Shown piece after piece: positions 1 through 10,242 of a DNA stretch of 64,000 bases. Location of the stretch: positions 448,001 through 512,000 of the forward strand of contig CAVSDR010000003.1 of assembly GCA_963726745.1 (NCBI GenBank), in the 5' to 3' direction. This DNA is from an uncultured Verrucomicrobiae bacterium. Its GTDB lineage: Bacteria; Verrucomicrobiota; Verrucomicrobiia; Chthoniobacterales; UBA10450. Under the pieces are notes generated by a model. That model did no database searches. It saw nothing but the letters and a program-made list of their open reading frames with translations, and had not been told where the DNA came from. Made by a program: the position numbers and the translations under genes. Each line of letters begins with the position of its first letter. Positions within the stretch are counted from its first letter, which is position 1.

Positions 1-208
1 GCGGGATGAGGACCATGAGGCCGCCGAGCAGTTGGATGAGGGCGATGAATTTCATGTAACCGGTCGGCATCATCGCGGCCATGAAGCTCAGGGCCGGGGC
101 AGGCATGGGTGGCGGATCTTTCGGCATAAAGCCCAGGAGGTTCATGAGTCCGAAGGCGACAAAGGCGAGGCCGAGGAGGGTGGCGACGATATGAGCGGCG
201 ACTTTCAT
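1..208 (-). CDS. DoxX-like membrane protein (3' end runs off the window)
   Basis: Manual translation from ATG at 208: MKVAAHIVATLLGLAFVAFGLMNLLGFMPKDPPPMPAPALSFMAAMMPTGYMKFIALIQLLGGLMVLIP; hydrophobic helices with a DoxX-like pattern. Confidence 0.65.
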   Translation of the reverse strand, partial: MKVAAHIVATLLGLAFVAFGLMNLLGFMPKDPPPMPAPALSFMAAMMPTGYMKFIALIQLLGGLMVLIP

Positions 209-496
209 GGGGATGCGATTGGGTGTGGGGCTCGGTTCATTTCGAACGCGTCACGCCTACCACAGCTGCGCGTCGACGAAGAACAGAAATTCACTCGGGC
301 ACGGCATTCGCAGGCTCGGACCCGATCGCAGAAGCCGCAGAATTTCTCCGGCGGCGTCGCGGCCCGCGCCCGAGGGCCGGTGGGATACTCGCGAGCTCGA
401 GAGCAGGCTGATCGAGCGGCTCGCTGGCGAATATCATCCGCGAAAATTTTTTCCTTGGACAGCCTTTGTCCGACCCGGGTCGCTACGATCGCCGGC

Positions 497-874
497 ATGA
501 AGAACGAGCTGTGGGGGCAATCGAACGCGGAGCCGGAGCGGGTGGAGTTTTTCGGCGCGGAGCAGTTGCGGGAAGCGCTGGAGGATTATGCGGCGACGAC
601 GACGGCGTTGCTTTGGGCTTTGCAACTGGACCCGGAGGCCGACGCGGAGACGCCGGTCTGGTGGCCGCACCGGGCGCAAATGCGCGGGGCGCTGGCGCAG
701 TTTGGGGAGCTTTGCCGGGCGGAGATCGAGCGGCTCGGGCAGTGGGACGAGGACGGGCTCGACCCGGAGGAGGTGCACGAAATGATCTGGGATGCAGGGA
801 ACCGCTTGGTCGAGTGGCTGCAGCGGATGACCGGGACCAGCCCGACCGCCTCCACGGTCGGCGCCGCTCGTTAG
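497..874 (+). CDS. hypothetical protein (125 aa, acidic)
   Basis: C-terminal part of track ORF 32..874, starting at ATG 497 (MKNELWGQ...); coding-like composition. Confidence 0.6.
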   Translation: MKNELWGQSNAEPERVEFFGAEQLREALEDYAATTTALLWALQLDPEADAETPVWWPHRAQMRGALAQFGELCRAEIERLGQWDEDGLDPEEVHEMIWDAGNRLVEWLQRMTGTSPTASTVGAAR

Positions 875-875
875 G

Positions 876-3011
876 CTACCGGATCAGCTTCTCGAGGCTC
901 GGGTTTGCTTCCGCGCCCAGCTCCATCGCCTTCGAATAATGTCGCTTCGCGAGTTCCTTCGCGGGCGGCTTATTCGTCGCGTAGATCACCGCGAGATTGT
1001 AGTGCGCGTCGACGTAGTCCGGATTGGCCGCGATCGCCTCGAGCATTTCCTTCTCGGCCGCTTCCTGCCAGCCCTTCTCGCTCGCGGTGATGCCGAGATA
1101 ATTGTGGGCGATGAAGCTCTTGGGATTAATCGCCAGCGCTTTGGTCAACTCCGTGACCGCCTCGTCGAACTTCGCCTGCCGGTAGTAGACGATCCCGAGC
1201 GTGCGCCGGGTAAACTCATCCTTCGGCGCGAGCGTGACCGCTTTCTTGAGGGTCAACTCCGCGGCTTTGAGCCGGCCGGTGCGGAAGTAGACCGCGCCCA
1301 AATTAGACAGCGCGTAAAGATTGTTCGGGCTTTTGGTCAGGATCTCTTCGTAGTTCTTTTCCGCTGCGCGGAACTTGCCGCCATCGAAGTTCTCCTTCGC
1401 CTCGCGCGCCACCGGGATGAGTTCCTCGGGCACGCTCGGCTTGAAGGTGGTCTCGACGTTCGGGCCTGCACCGGGTTTCGCGCCTTCCTTCGGTAGGGCG
1501 AAGCTCGCGGTCATGCCGCCCTGGGTCGCGCCCGTGCTGCCATCGGAAGTGGTCACCACCGGCATGCGCAGAAGCGCCAGCTCCTCGGTGGTCAATTTCG
1601 CGACCGGCTGCGCGAGCAATTCAATCTGCTGGTTGAGCGTCTCCGACTTGATCTGGAGCTTGTCGAACTCCGCGAGCATGAGCTTCTTCGCCTGTTCGCG
1701 GCGGGCTTCCTCCTGCCGCTCGCGCATGACGATGTTGCGCAGCATTTCGTTTTCCTTGGTCAAACGCGCGGTCTCTTCCGGGTTCGCCCCGGTGGTGCGG
1801 GCCTGCGCGAGCTGCGTGCTGGTTTCATCCAACTGCGTGCGCAATTCCGCGATCGTGCCCTCGAAGTCCTGGTTCTGCTTCTGGCTGGCGGCGAGTTGCT
1901 GCTTCAGCTGCTCGACCTGGCGCCGGACCTCGGCGATTTCCTGCTCCTTCTCCGGCTTGCCTTCGCTGATCTCGCGGATCGATTTCTCGGCCTCGGCCAG
2001 CTTCTTTTGCAGGTCGGAATTTTCCGCAACCAGGGTCTGCACGCGCTCCTGCGCCTGCTTGGAATTCTTCAACTCCGCGACCAGCTGATCGCGTTCCTGC
2101 GTGACCGCGGCAATCTGCGAATTGGCGTCGGTCAGCTTCGCGCTGGCGTCTTCCTTCTCCTTCTCGGCGGCCGCGCGGCCCTGCTCGGCGGCGAGGAGCG
2201 CGCCCTTGAGTTGCGCAATTTCCGCCCGGAGCGCTTCGCTCGCTTTGCTGTCGCCGCTACCGGAAGCCTGCACTTTCTTGAGTGAATCCTGCGCCTTCGC
2301 GAGTTGTTCGCGCGCGGTTTTCTCGGCCCCCGCGGTCTTCTGCAATTCCGTCTGCGCCTGCGTGAGCTTGCTGTTTGTTTCCTGGAGCTTCTCGTTGAGC
2401 GCTTCTTTTTCCTTCTGCACCGAGCTGTATTCCCGGCGCGACTTTTGCAAGTCGGCGGTTAATTGGTCGACCTTCTCCTGCAATTCTTTCGTGGCTTTCT
2501 TGATCGCGGCTTCGCTCGGCGCGGCGGCGGGCGGCGCGGGAGCGGCGGCGATTGCGCTGGGCGCCGGGGTTGCGCTCGCGCGCAACGGCAGGCGCGCCTC
2601 GCCGGCGTGGGTGGTCCCGATCTCCACGCTCGGCTCGGCCGGGCCGGCGTCCTGCGGGAGGAGCGGCGCGCCGCCGGGAGCGGGCTCGGAAGTCGCGGCA
2701 AGGTCTGCTTGCGTGCCGATCTTGCCCTGAACCCGGAGGATGCTTTCGCTGACCTTGCGCGAGCGATACTCGACGATCGCCGGCTGCCATTCGCCATGCG
2801 CTTTTTTCAATTCCTCGAGCAGGCTGCCGGCGAAACGAAACTTCACCAGCGCCGCCTTAAATTGGTTATCGTGCTCGAGCTTTTCGCCCTGCTGCGAGGT
2901 CATGTAAGCCTTGAGGAAGACTTCGCTGGGATCATCGGACTGAGCCCGCAGCTCGACTGGCGCAACGAGGAGCGAAAAACCGGCGATTAAAATCAGACCG
3001 ATTTTCTTCAT
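876..3011 (-). CDS. secreted coiled-coil protein with C-terminal TPR repeats
   Basis: Signal peptide MKKIGLILIAGFSLLVAP, long heptad-rich middle region, C-terminal TPRs (ALSNLGAVY, AHNYLGI, AHYNLAVIY). Confidence 0.85.
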   Translation of the reverse strand: MKKIGLILIAGFSLLVAPVELRAQSDDPSEVFLKAYMTSQQGEKLEHDNQFKAALVKFRFAGSLLEELKKAHGEWQPAIVEYRSRKVSESILRVQGKIGTQADLAATSEPAPGGAPLLPQDAGPAEPSVEIGTTHAGEARLPLRASATPAPSAIAAAPAPPAAAPSEAAIKKATKELQEKVDQLTADLQKSRREYSSVQKEKEALNEKLQETNSKLTQAQTELQKTAGAEKTAREQLAKAQDSLKKVQASGSGDSKASEALRAEIAQLKGALLAAEQGRAAAEKEKEDASAKLTDANSQIAAVTQERDQLVAELKNSKQAQERVQTLVAENSDLQKKLAEAEKSIREISEGKPEKEQEIAEVRRQVEQLKQQLAASQKQNQDFEGTIAELRTQLDETSTQLAQARTTGANPEETARLTKENEMLRNIVMRERQEEARREQAKKLMLAEFDKLQIKSETLNQQIELLAQPVAKLTTEELALLRMPVVTTSDGSTGATQGGMTASFALPKEGAKPGAGPNVETTFKPSVPEELIPVAREAKENFDGGKFRAAEKNYEEILTKSPNNLYALSNLGAVYFRTGRLKAAELTLKKAVTLAPKDEFTRRTLGIVYYRQAKFDEAVTELTKALAINPKSFIAHNYLGITASEKGWQEAAEKEMLEAIAANPDYVDAHYNLAVIYATNKPPAKELAKRHYSKAMELGAEANPSLEKLIR

Positions 3012-3153
3012 GCGTTCGGAAAGGCGGACCATAACTGAGGGCGAGGCGGTTGCAACGTCGCGCTGGGCGACCTCCTCAACCATAGCCGACGGCATGCCAC
3101 CTCGCCTTTGCCTTTGCAAACGCGCCTCGCAAAACTAGATTGCGCCGCTTGTT

Positions 3154-3226
3154 GGTGGCCATAGCTCAATGGTAGAGCTCCAGATTGTGATTCTGGCTGT
3201 TGCGGGTTCGAGTCCCGTTGGCCACC
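3154..3226 (+). tRNA. tRNA-His (GUG)
   Basis: G-1 plus GTGGCCA/TGGCCAC acceptor stem, C discriminator, anticodon arm CCAGA-TTGTGAT-TCTGG, T-loop GTTCGAG. Confidence 0.95.
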
Positions 3227-3262
3227 CATCCTGCCGGCTAAATTCGCCGGGCCAGACCCCGC

Positions 3263-3278
3263 TGGCACGGCCAGTGCT
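3263..3278 (+). promoter_or_regulatory. sigma54-like -24/-12 promoter
   Basis: TGGCACGGCCAGTGCT matches GG-N10-GC with TGGCAC at -24. Confidence 0.55.
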
Positions 3279-3290
3279 AAAAGGGCAGGC

Positions 3291-3461
3291 GTGAACCAGC
3301 TTCTCCCATCTCCCAAGGTGACGGCGCCTGTGGCCCTCACGGGATTTTGGCAGCAACTCCTCGGTGACGCTTCCCTGCGTGACTGCGGTGATCTCGAGAA
3401 ACTCGTGACCGGCTGCGAGATCATCGCCGCCCTCGACGATCTCGCGCTGCTCGACTCCTAA
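3291..3461 (+). CDS. small hypothetical protein (56 aa)
   Basis: GTG start, manual translation MNQLLPSPKVTAPVALTGFWQQLLGDASLRDCGDLEKLVTGCEIIAALDDLALLDS; below the ORF-track cutoff. Confidence 0.45.
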   Translation: MNQLLPSPKVTAPVALTGFWQQLLGDASLRDCGDLEKLVTGCEIIAALDDLALLDS

Positions 3462-3632
3462 ACCGCGGCCTCACTCACGTGCGTCGGCAGACCCCGTCGC
3501 GCAACGGCTCACCCAGCGTCTGGCCGCGAAGTGTCGCCCGCGGGCAAGGCCACTTCCTCGCCCACGGCCACGGTCGACTCTCGTTAGGAATTCACTTCCC
3601 GGCACGGGGCGCTTCGCGGCATACTCGCAGCC

Positions 3633-4220
3633 ATGGCGATGCGCATCTTGCTGGCTGGCTTTCTCGGCGCGGTGGCGATGTTTTTCTGGGCCTTCATCGC
3701 GCACATGGTATTGCCGCTGGGCGAAGCCGGCACGTCCGAGCTCCCGAACGAGAAAGCGGTGCTCGCGAGCCTGCAGGATAACCTGGGCGACCAACGCGGC
3801 TTTTACATTTTCCCGGGTTCCGGGCTCGGACCCGACGCGACCACCGCAGAGAAACGCGCGGCCATGGAGGAGAGCGTGAAAACCTTCCACACCAAGCCAA
3901 GCGGCGTGCTCGTCTACCGGCCGCCGGGCCGCCATTTCGACTTCGCGAAGTGCCTCTCGGTCGAGTTCCTTCTCGAGCTGATCGAAGCGCTGATCGCGGT
4001 CACCCTGCTCGCGCAAACTCGCATCCACACCTTCATCGGGCGGGTCCTTTTCGTCACCAGCATCGGCGTAGTCGCGGCGATCACGACCAACCTTTCCTAC
4101 TGGAATTGGTATGGCTTCCCGAAGCTCTACACGCTCTCCTACATGACCACGCAGGCGGTCGGCTTCGTCTGCGCGGGCCTGGTCGCAGCGTTGATCTTGC
4201 GGAAAACGACGTTTCGTTAG
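3633..4220 (+). CDS. hypothetical membrane protein
   Basis: 195 aa ORF with about 4 TM segments and YWNWYGFP motif. Confidence 0.8.
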   Translation: MAMRILLAGFLGAVAMFFWAFIAHMVLPLGEAGTSELPNEKAVLASLQDNLGDQRGFYIFPGSGLGPDATTAEKRAAMEESVKTFHTKPSGVLVYRPPGRHFDFAKCLSVEFLLELIEALIAVTLLAQTRIHTFIGRVLFVTSIGVVAAITTNLSYWNWYGFPKLYTLSYMTTQAVGFVCAGLVAALILRKTTFR

Positions 4221-4792
4221 GCTGCGGCGGTCTTCGCGGCCTGCGCCTCGTGCCGGCCCTCCGCGAATTCCTCGATCATCTTGCGATTAAACGCCGGGAT
4301 GTCGTCGGGCTTGCGCGAGGTCACGAGTCCGTGGTCGGTCACGACTTCTTCGTCGACCCAATGGCCGCCGGCGTTTTTGACGTCCGTCTGGATGGCAGGC
4401 CATGAGGTCAGCTTGCGACCCTTGACGACGCCGGCGTCGATCAGCACCCAGGGGCCGTGGCAAATCGATGCGACCGGCTTGCCGGCAGTGAAGAAGTGCT
4501 TCGCAAACTCCACCGCCGCAGGCGTGGAACGGAGCTCGTCCGGGTTCATCAAACCGCCGGGAATGAGGAGCGCGTCGAAGTCATCCGGCCGCGCCTGGTC
4601 CAGAGTCAAATCGACGTCAAACTGGTCGCCTTTATCGGCGTGATTCATCCCTTGGATCTGGCCGGGCTTGGTCGAGACGATCGTGGTCTTCGCGCCCGCT
4701 TCGTCGAGTGCCGCGCGCGGCTTCGTCATCTCCACTTGTTCAAATCCACTTGCGACCAGGATCGCCACCTTTTTTCCATCAAGCTTGCCCAT
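4217..4792 (-). CDS. DJ-1/PfpI family protein (type 1 glutamine amidotransferase-like)
   Basis: GFEQVE, IPGG, ICHGP and TSRKPDD motifs. Confidence 0.92.
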   Translation of the reverse strand: MGKLDGKKVAILVASGFEQVEMTKPRAALDEAGAKTTIVSTKPGQIQGMNHADKGDQFDVDLTLDQARPDDFDALLIPGGLMNPDELRSTPAAVEFAKHFFTAGKPVASICHGPWVLIDAGVVKGRKLTSWPAIQTDVKNAGGHWVDEEVVTDHGLVTSRKPDDIPAFNRKMIEEFAEGRHEAQAAKTAAA

Positions 4793-4828
4793 GCCCTAAC
4801 TACGCGGCGCGAGCTGCTGTCGGACGCG

Positions 4829-5242
4829 CTAGAGCTCGTGCGTCATCGGAAGCGCGCCAGAAATTTCCTCCCAGCCCTGGCGCAGCCAAAACTCCCGACC
4901 GGATGCGTTGTCGCCCGCGACCAGGATGATCACCCGCGGAATCCCGGCCGCGCGCAGGCCCGCGAGAGCATCAGCCAGCAACTTCTGCCCCACGCCGCGA
5001 CCGCGGAATTCCGCCGCGACCGCGAGGTGATAGATGAAGCCGCGGCGCCCGTCGTGCCCGCAAAGGACCGCGCCTGCGAGCGTGCCGTTTTCCTCGGCTA
5101 CGCGGCTCAGCATGGGATTGCGCGCGAGATAGCCGGCGATCTCTGCCCGGCTGTCGCCTTCGCAGATTTCCACGCCTTCGACCGCGCGCCAGAGCGCGAC
5201 CGCGCGCTCGTAATCCTCCAGCCGGAACGCCCGTGTTTCCAC
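4829..5242 (-). CDS. GNAT family N-acetyltransferase
   Basis: GHDGRRGFIYHLAV...FRGRGVG acetyl-CoA-binding motif; GTG start chosen at 5242. Confidence 0.88.
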   Translation of the reverse strand: METRAFRLEDYERAVALWRAVEGVEICEGDSRAEIAGYLARNPMLSRVAEENGTLAGAVLCGHDGRRGFIYHLAVAAEFRGRGVGQKLLADALAGLRAAGIPRVIILVAGDNASGREFWLRQGWEEISGALPMTHEL

Positions 5243-5291
5243 CGCGCGACCATGGCGTTGCCGATGCGCGAGTTCAACGCTAGTTCTCGGC

Positions 5292-6963
5292 ATGAAGACG
5301 TCCCTCGCGCTCGCGTTTTTTCTCCCCCTGGCCGCAATCGCCGCGGCCGCGCCAGACACAAAAGAGCTGCAGCAAATGAGCGCGCGCTTCGCCCCGACCG
5401 AGCTCACGGCCGACCTCTCGAAGTTGTCGCCTAACGACCGGAAGGTGCTGGCAAAACTGGTCCGCGTCTCGAAGCTGATCGACGCGATTTTTCTGCGCCA
5501 GGTGTGGGGCGGGAATGTCGCGATGCTGCTCGACTTGAGCGCCGATCCCTCGCCCGCAGGCCGCGCGCGCTTGCACTATTTTCTGCTGAACCGCGGTCCC
5601 TGGTCGCGGCTCGATGGCGACCAGCCGTTCGTCCCCGGCGCGCCGGCCAAGCCGGAAAACGCCGGCTTCTATCCGGACGACGCGAAGAAGGAGGAGGTGG
5701 AGAAATGGATCGCCAGCCTGCCGCCGGAGGAAGCGAAGCAGGCGCGGAGTTTCTTCACCGTGGTGCGGCGCGACGCCGACGGGCGCGACTTCCGTCTGGT
5801 GCCCTACAACATGGAATACCAGAGCCCGCTGCTCGAGGCGGCGCAGCTCCTGCGCGAAGCCGCGGCGCTCGCGAGCGAGCCGTCGTTGCAAAAGTTTCTC
5901 GAGGCGCGCGCGGAAGCTTTCCTAACGAACGACTACTACGCGAGCGACGTCGCCTGGATGGAATTAGACAGCAAGATCGAGCCGACCATCGGGCCCTACG
6001 AAGTCTACGAGGACGGCTGGTTCAATTACAAAGCCGCCTTCGAATCGTTCATCGGCGATTCTCGACGAAAGCGAAAGCGCGAAGCTGCAGAAATTCTCCG
6101 GCGAGCTGCAGGAGATCGAGAACCATTTGCCGATCGATCCGAAGTATCGCAACCCGCAGCTCGGCGCGCTCGCGCCCATCGTGGTGATCAACGAAATCTT
6201 CTGCGCAGGCGATGCGAATCACGGCGTGCAGACCGCCGCCTTCAATCTGCCGAATGACGAGCGCGTGGTCGCGGAGAAAGGGACCAAGCGGGTGATGCTC
6301 AAGAATGTGCAGGACGCGAAGTTCGCCAAGACGCTGGTGCCGATCTCGAAAGTCGTGCTCAGCCCGGCGGACCAAAAGGATCTCTCCTTCGAAGCCTTCT
6401 TCACGCACATCCTGGTGCACGAATTGATGCACGGCCTCGGGCCGCACAACCTCACGCTCGACGGCCGCAAGACGACCGTGCGCCAGGAGATGAAGGAAGC
6501 TGGGAGCGCGCTCGAGGAAGCGAAGGCGGATATCGCGGGCCTGTTTGCGATCCAGCATATGATCGACCGGGGCGTGCTTCCGAAGACGCTCGAGCGCCCG
6601 CTTTACACCACCTTCCTGGCCTCGGCCTTTCGCACGATCCGTTTCGGGATCAACGAAGCGCACGGCAAAGGCCAGGCGATGCAGTTAAATTATCTGCTCG
6701 ATGCGGGTGGCTTTGCGGTGCGGCCGGATGGAACGTTTGCGGTCGAGCCGACGAAGATCAAAGAAGCGGTCGCGAAATTAACCGGCGAGTTCATGACCCT
6801 GCAGGCCGAGGGCGCTTACGAGAAAGCCAAGGCGATGCAGGAGCGGCTGGGCGTGATTCGCCCGGAAGTGGAGCGCGCGCTCGGGAAGATGAAAAACATC
6901 CCGGTGGATATCGAGCCGCGCTTCGTGACCGCGGAGCAACTGCTGCGCGACGAGGCTCAGTAA
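5292..6963 (+). CDS. peptidase M49 (dipeptidyl-peptidase 3-like), frameshifted near 6057
   Basis: Signal peptide, IGPYEVYED, HELMHGLG and LEEAKAD motifs, split over ORFs 5292..6257 and 6127..6963; removing one base restores FIG-ILDESESAKLQKF. Confidence 0.85.
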
Positions 6964-7518
6964 AGGAGCGGCACCAGGCGCTTCGTCCGCCGCATGTAGG
7001 CGGTGTAGGTCTCGCCGAGTGCGCCCGCGAGCGCGCGTTCCTCGACATTCATCCGGTGGATGAAGGCGCCGAAAATAGGCAGCAGGATGACGAGGATGGC
7101 GGCCCAGTTGCCTAACGAGAGGGCAAAGCCGACGAAGGCCAGCAGCACGCCGGTGTAAGAGGGATGCCGGACGACGCGGAAGGGCCCGCGCTCGACCAGT
7201 TGGTGATCGCGCTCGATCGAGACATCGACGGTGAAAAAGCGCCCGAGCGTGATGATGGCCCACCAGCGCAGGATCAAGCCCAGCGCGAACAGGAGCACGC
7301 TCCCGACCGCCAGCGCGCGGGTGTAGGGGAGCGCCGCAATGCGAAAATGTAACGCCACCGCGAGGCCGGCAACGATGCTCGCCCGCGATCACCAGCCAGA
7401 GCATCCCGAGGGTGCTTTGGTCCTGCTTTTTCCCAGTGGCGCTGCGCGAACGCCGGGTCGCGGTCAGGAGCAACTCCGAGAGGAGATAGATCAAGCCGAG
7501 CTTTGCAGGCAGCGACAT
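6957..7518 (-). CDS. isoprenylcysteine carboxylmethyltransferase family protein, frameshifted near 7380
   Basis: GPFRVVRHPSY and VEERAL motifs; N-terminus MSLPAKLGLIYLLSELLL lies in another frame. Confidence 0.82.
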
Positions 7519-7522
7519 CGCG

Positions 7523-7837
7523 TTAGCCGGCTTTCTCTTCGGCGTCCTCGCCGCGGTCGACGATGTCGCCGCTGGTGAAGAGGACATCCTTCGCGATCTC
7601 ACGCCAGAGCGGCTTCGTGCGCAGGAGCCACTCGAGGTCCATCGAGAAGTGTTTGAACTCTTCCTTCTGCGCGTTCTCCATGATCGCGCGCGCGCTCTCA
7701 TCTTTTTCCACCGACATGCGCTGCTCGTACCAATTGATTGCTTCCGCTTCTTCGCCGAGCGCGGCGATCATGCGGGCAAAGGTGCGCGTTTCTGCAGAAA
7801 GTTCGCTGGCCGGTTCGTGGTATTGGTCGAAGCCCAT
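7523..7837 (-). CDS. encapsulated-ferritin-like protein (EncFtn/Flp family)
   Basis: YHEP...EEAEAINWYEQR...EEFKHFSMDLEWL...LFT pattern of EncFtn half-ferritins. Confidence 0.85.
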   Translation of the reverse strand: MGFDQYHEPASELSAETRTFARMIAALGEEAEAINWYEQRMSVEKDESARAIMENAQKEEFKHFSMDLEWLLRTKPLWREIAKDVLFTSGDIVDRGEDAEEKAG

Positions 7838-7932
7838 GGAGCCTTCTACACTGGCGCCGCCGGAGCGCAATCAGCGGCCCGGAGGAGAGTCCGGCCCACG
7901 GGGTCGCACGACGGGCGGCGCGGGCGGGGCGG

Positions 7933-9193
7933 CTAGAGCTCGGGCGCGGCCGCGGCGGAGATGTGGTGGAGCGGATTGAGAAAGTTCAGCTTGCCGGTGT
8001 CGTCGAGCGTGATCTCGCGCGAGCGGTCGCGGTCGCGCACAAAAAGGCGCGTTTGCTCGGCGGCGAAAGCCGGGCTGAGGACGTTCATGTTCGCCTCGTC
8101 GTTCAAGCGCAGGGTGCGCAGGTCGAGATTGCCCGAGCCGACGGAAACGAAGACACCGTCCACCACCATGAGCTTCACATGCACCATCGCGGGCTCGTAT
8201 TCGTAGATGCGAATGCCGGCGCGGAGCAGCTCCGGCCAATGCTTGCGCGAAGCGATGCGGACCATCTTTTGGTCGATGTGTTTCCCCGGAACCACGATCT
8301 CCACCTTCGCCCCGCGCTTCGCCGCGGAGATCAATTCCTTGCGCAACATCTCGTCGGGTAAAAAGTAGGCGTTCTCGATCAAGAGCGAGCGCTGCGCGGA
8401 AGCGATCGCGAGCAGATACATCAGGCGAATGTCGCCGTTGCCCTGCCGCGGCGAGCTGCGGAAAGCCTGCGCGCTGAGGCTTCCGGTCGGGGCGAGCGGC
8501 GGGAAATAATCCGGCCCGTGGAGGACGGTGCCGTCAGTCTTCAGCCAATCGTCCATGAAGGTGGCCTGGAGCTGCGCGACCACCGGGCCGGTGACGCGAT
8601 AGTGGTTGTCGCGCCAATGCTCCGCGGTGTCACCGTTGCCGAGCCATTCATCGGCAATGCCGACGCCGCCGATGAAGCCGACGCGGCCATCGACGATCAA
8701 AAGTTTGCGGTGCGTGCGATTGTTGAAACGCCGCACGTCCCAGAAAAGGAGCGGGTGATACTTCACCACTTTGGCCCCGGCGCTCTGCAGCTTCTGGAGA
8801 TTCTCGCGGCCCATTTTGCCGGTGCCCTGGGCATCGAGAATCACGTTCACCTGCACGCCGGCGCGGGCGCGTTCCGCGAAAGCGTCGGCAAATTTCTTGC
8901 GCAATCTCGCCGTCCCAATAGACGTAGGTCTCGAAGTTGATCGTGCGTTTAGCCGACGCGATCGCCGCCAGCATCGAGGGGAAAATCTCCCGGCCGTTGA
9001 CCAGCGTCTGGATGCTGTTGCCCGGGACGTAATGGCCGCCGAGGAGCGCGCCGCTGGCTTGCTTGAAGGTGGGCGCGGCCGCGGAGTAAAGCGGCTGCAC
9101 CTCGCGCTTCGCCTCGCGGGAGTCGCGGCTGGCGCAGCTGGAGAAAATGCCGGCTAACGAGAGCAAAAGCGCGGCGCGGGAAAGGTGGTTCAT
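7933..9193 (-). CDS. cardiolipin synthase / phospholipase D family, frameshifted near 8900
   Basis: Two HKD motifs (HRKLLIVD, HVKLMVVD); lipoprotein-like N-terminus and TLVNGREIFP in ORF 8648..9193. Confidence 0.87.
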
Positions 9194-9561
9194 TCGGATT
9201 TTTTCGAATCGAAGAGGCGCAACCGCGCGGCGAAATACTCCGCCGCATCCTCGGTTTTGCCGTCGGCCAGGCGCACCTGGTATTTCCGGTGGGTCAGCGA
9301 AGACTCGGAGGCAAGGAACTTCACAAATTGCTCCGCGGTCTGGATCCGCTCACCGGCGTAATCGAGTTTCATCCGCAAATGCTTGGCCGCCGCCGGGCCG
9401 TCGTGGGCAGAGCCGTTGCGGATGAATTGGATGCCCTTGGCCTCCTCGACATCGTGCAGGAGATAATCGATCCGCGCCTGCTCGTGGGGCGAACGCGCCC
9501 AGGCGCTCGCGGAGCCGAAGAGCAAAGCCGCGAGCAGAAGCAGACGGAAAAGAGGCGCCAT
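9190..9561 (-). CDS. DUF5329/YfeK-like secreted protein
   Basis: Signal peptide, then FIRNGSAHDGPAAAKHLRMKLDYA and ASESS motifs. Confidence 0.75.
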   Translation of the reverse strand: MAPLFRLLLLAALLFGSASAWARSPHEQARIDYLLHDVEEAKGIQFIRNGSAHDGPAAAKHLRMKLDYAGERIQTAEQFVKFLASESSLTHRKYQVRLADGKTEDAAEYFAARLRLFDSKKSE

Positions 9562-9575
9562 GAGAGGAGCGTCGC

Positions 9576-10055
9576 TCAGCTCGCGCTGATGTCGCTGACG
9601 ATTTTGCGTGCGACATTGCGCGCCTCGATCTCCAGCGGGCCGACGCCGAAACCGGCCGCGTCCAGCCGCTCGTCGAAGTAGAGCTTCATGAACTCCGGCA
9701 GGCTGCCGGCACGTTCGTATTGTGAAATGTGCACCAGCAGATGGGCGAGCAATTCCTGGTCGCCCCAAGCATCGACGCGCAGAATAATCCCATAGCCGAA
9801 GGAGATTCCGCGGCAGGCATGCGTAACGATATTGGTGCGCAGAGAAGCCGCGCGCAGCCCGGCATCCTCGGGCAGTGGCACCTTGTCCACCGCGACGATG
9901 CGAACACGTTCCGGTTGTTGCACGCCAGCGAGGCGAGCCTTGGTTAATTGCCTGGGTGCGAGCGGAATCCCAATGCCAAGAACCATCAGTTCCTGGCGCT
10001 GGGCCCAATCCAAGGCCAACGGGTAAAGGGTGTCGAATTCTTCTTGGTTAAACAT
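9576..10055 (-). CDS. hypothetical protein, zincin/DUF4157-like with degenerate HExxH
   Basis: LLAHLLVHISQYER and PLEIEAR motifs. Confidence 0.65.
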   Translation of the reverse strand: MFNQEEFDTLYPLALDWAQRQELMVLGIGIPLAPRQLTKARLAGVQQPERVRIVAVDKVPLPEDAGLRAASLRTNIVTHACRGISFGYGIILRVDAWGDQELLAHLLVHISQYERAGSLPEFMKLYFDERLDAAGFGVGPLEIEARNVARKIVSDISAS

Positions 10056-10242
10056 GATCTGGAGGGGGGCGACACGAGAAGCTTAAGCAGGAAGCGGTCC
10101 GAAAACCGCGGACGACGCTGGTATTTCCGCTGCTGCCCAGCTATGGCTGGAAACTTCTGGTTTTTTTATTTCGGAAGAGATACGCCGAGCGGTTGCCTTT
10201 CCTTTCCTTGACTTCGCTCGGCCGGTTCCAGACCTTCGCGCC

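Noticed and set aside
3226..3228. tRNA-His 3' end reads C-C-A, one C short of discriminator plus CCA
   Set aside because: The other two tRNAs also lack encoded CCA; this is coincidence or a homopolymer error, not evidence of an unusual tRNA.
3154..3700. tRNA-His (also tRNA-Lys and tRNA-Ala) as a genomic-island integration site
   Set aside because: No integrase next to any tRNA and no duplicated tRNA 3' end was noticed in the window.
10075..10175. Possible structured RNA between divergent genes (short hairpins plus a T-run)
   Set aside because: Stems are short and imperfect with no recognisable riboswitch consensus; more likely a promoter region.
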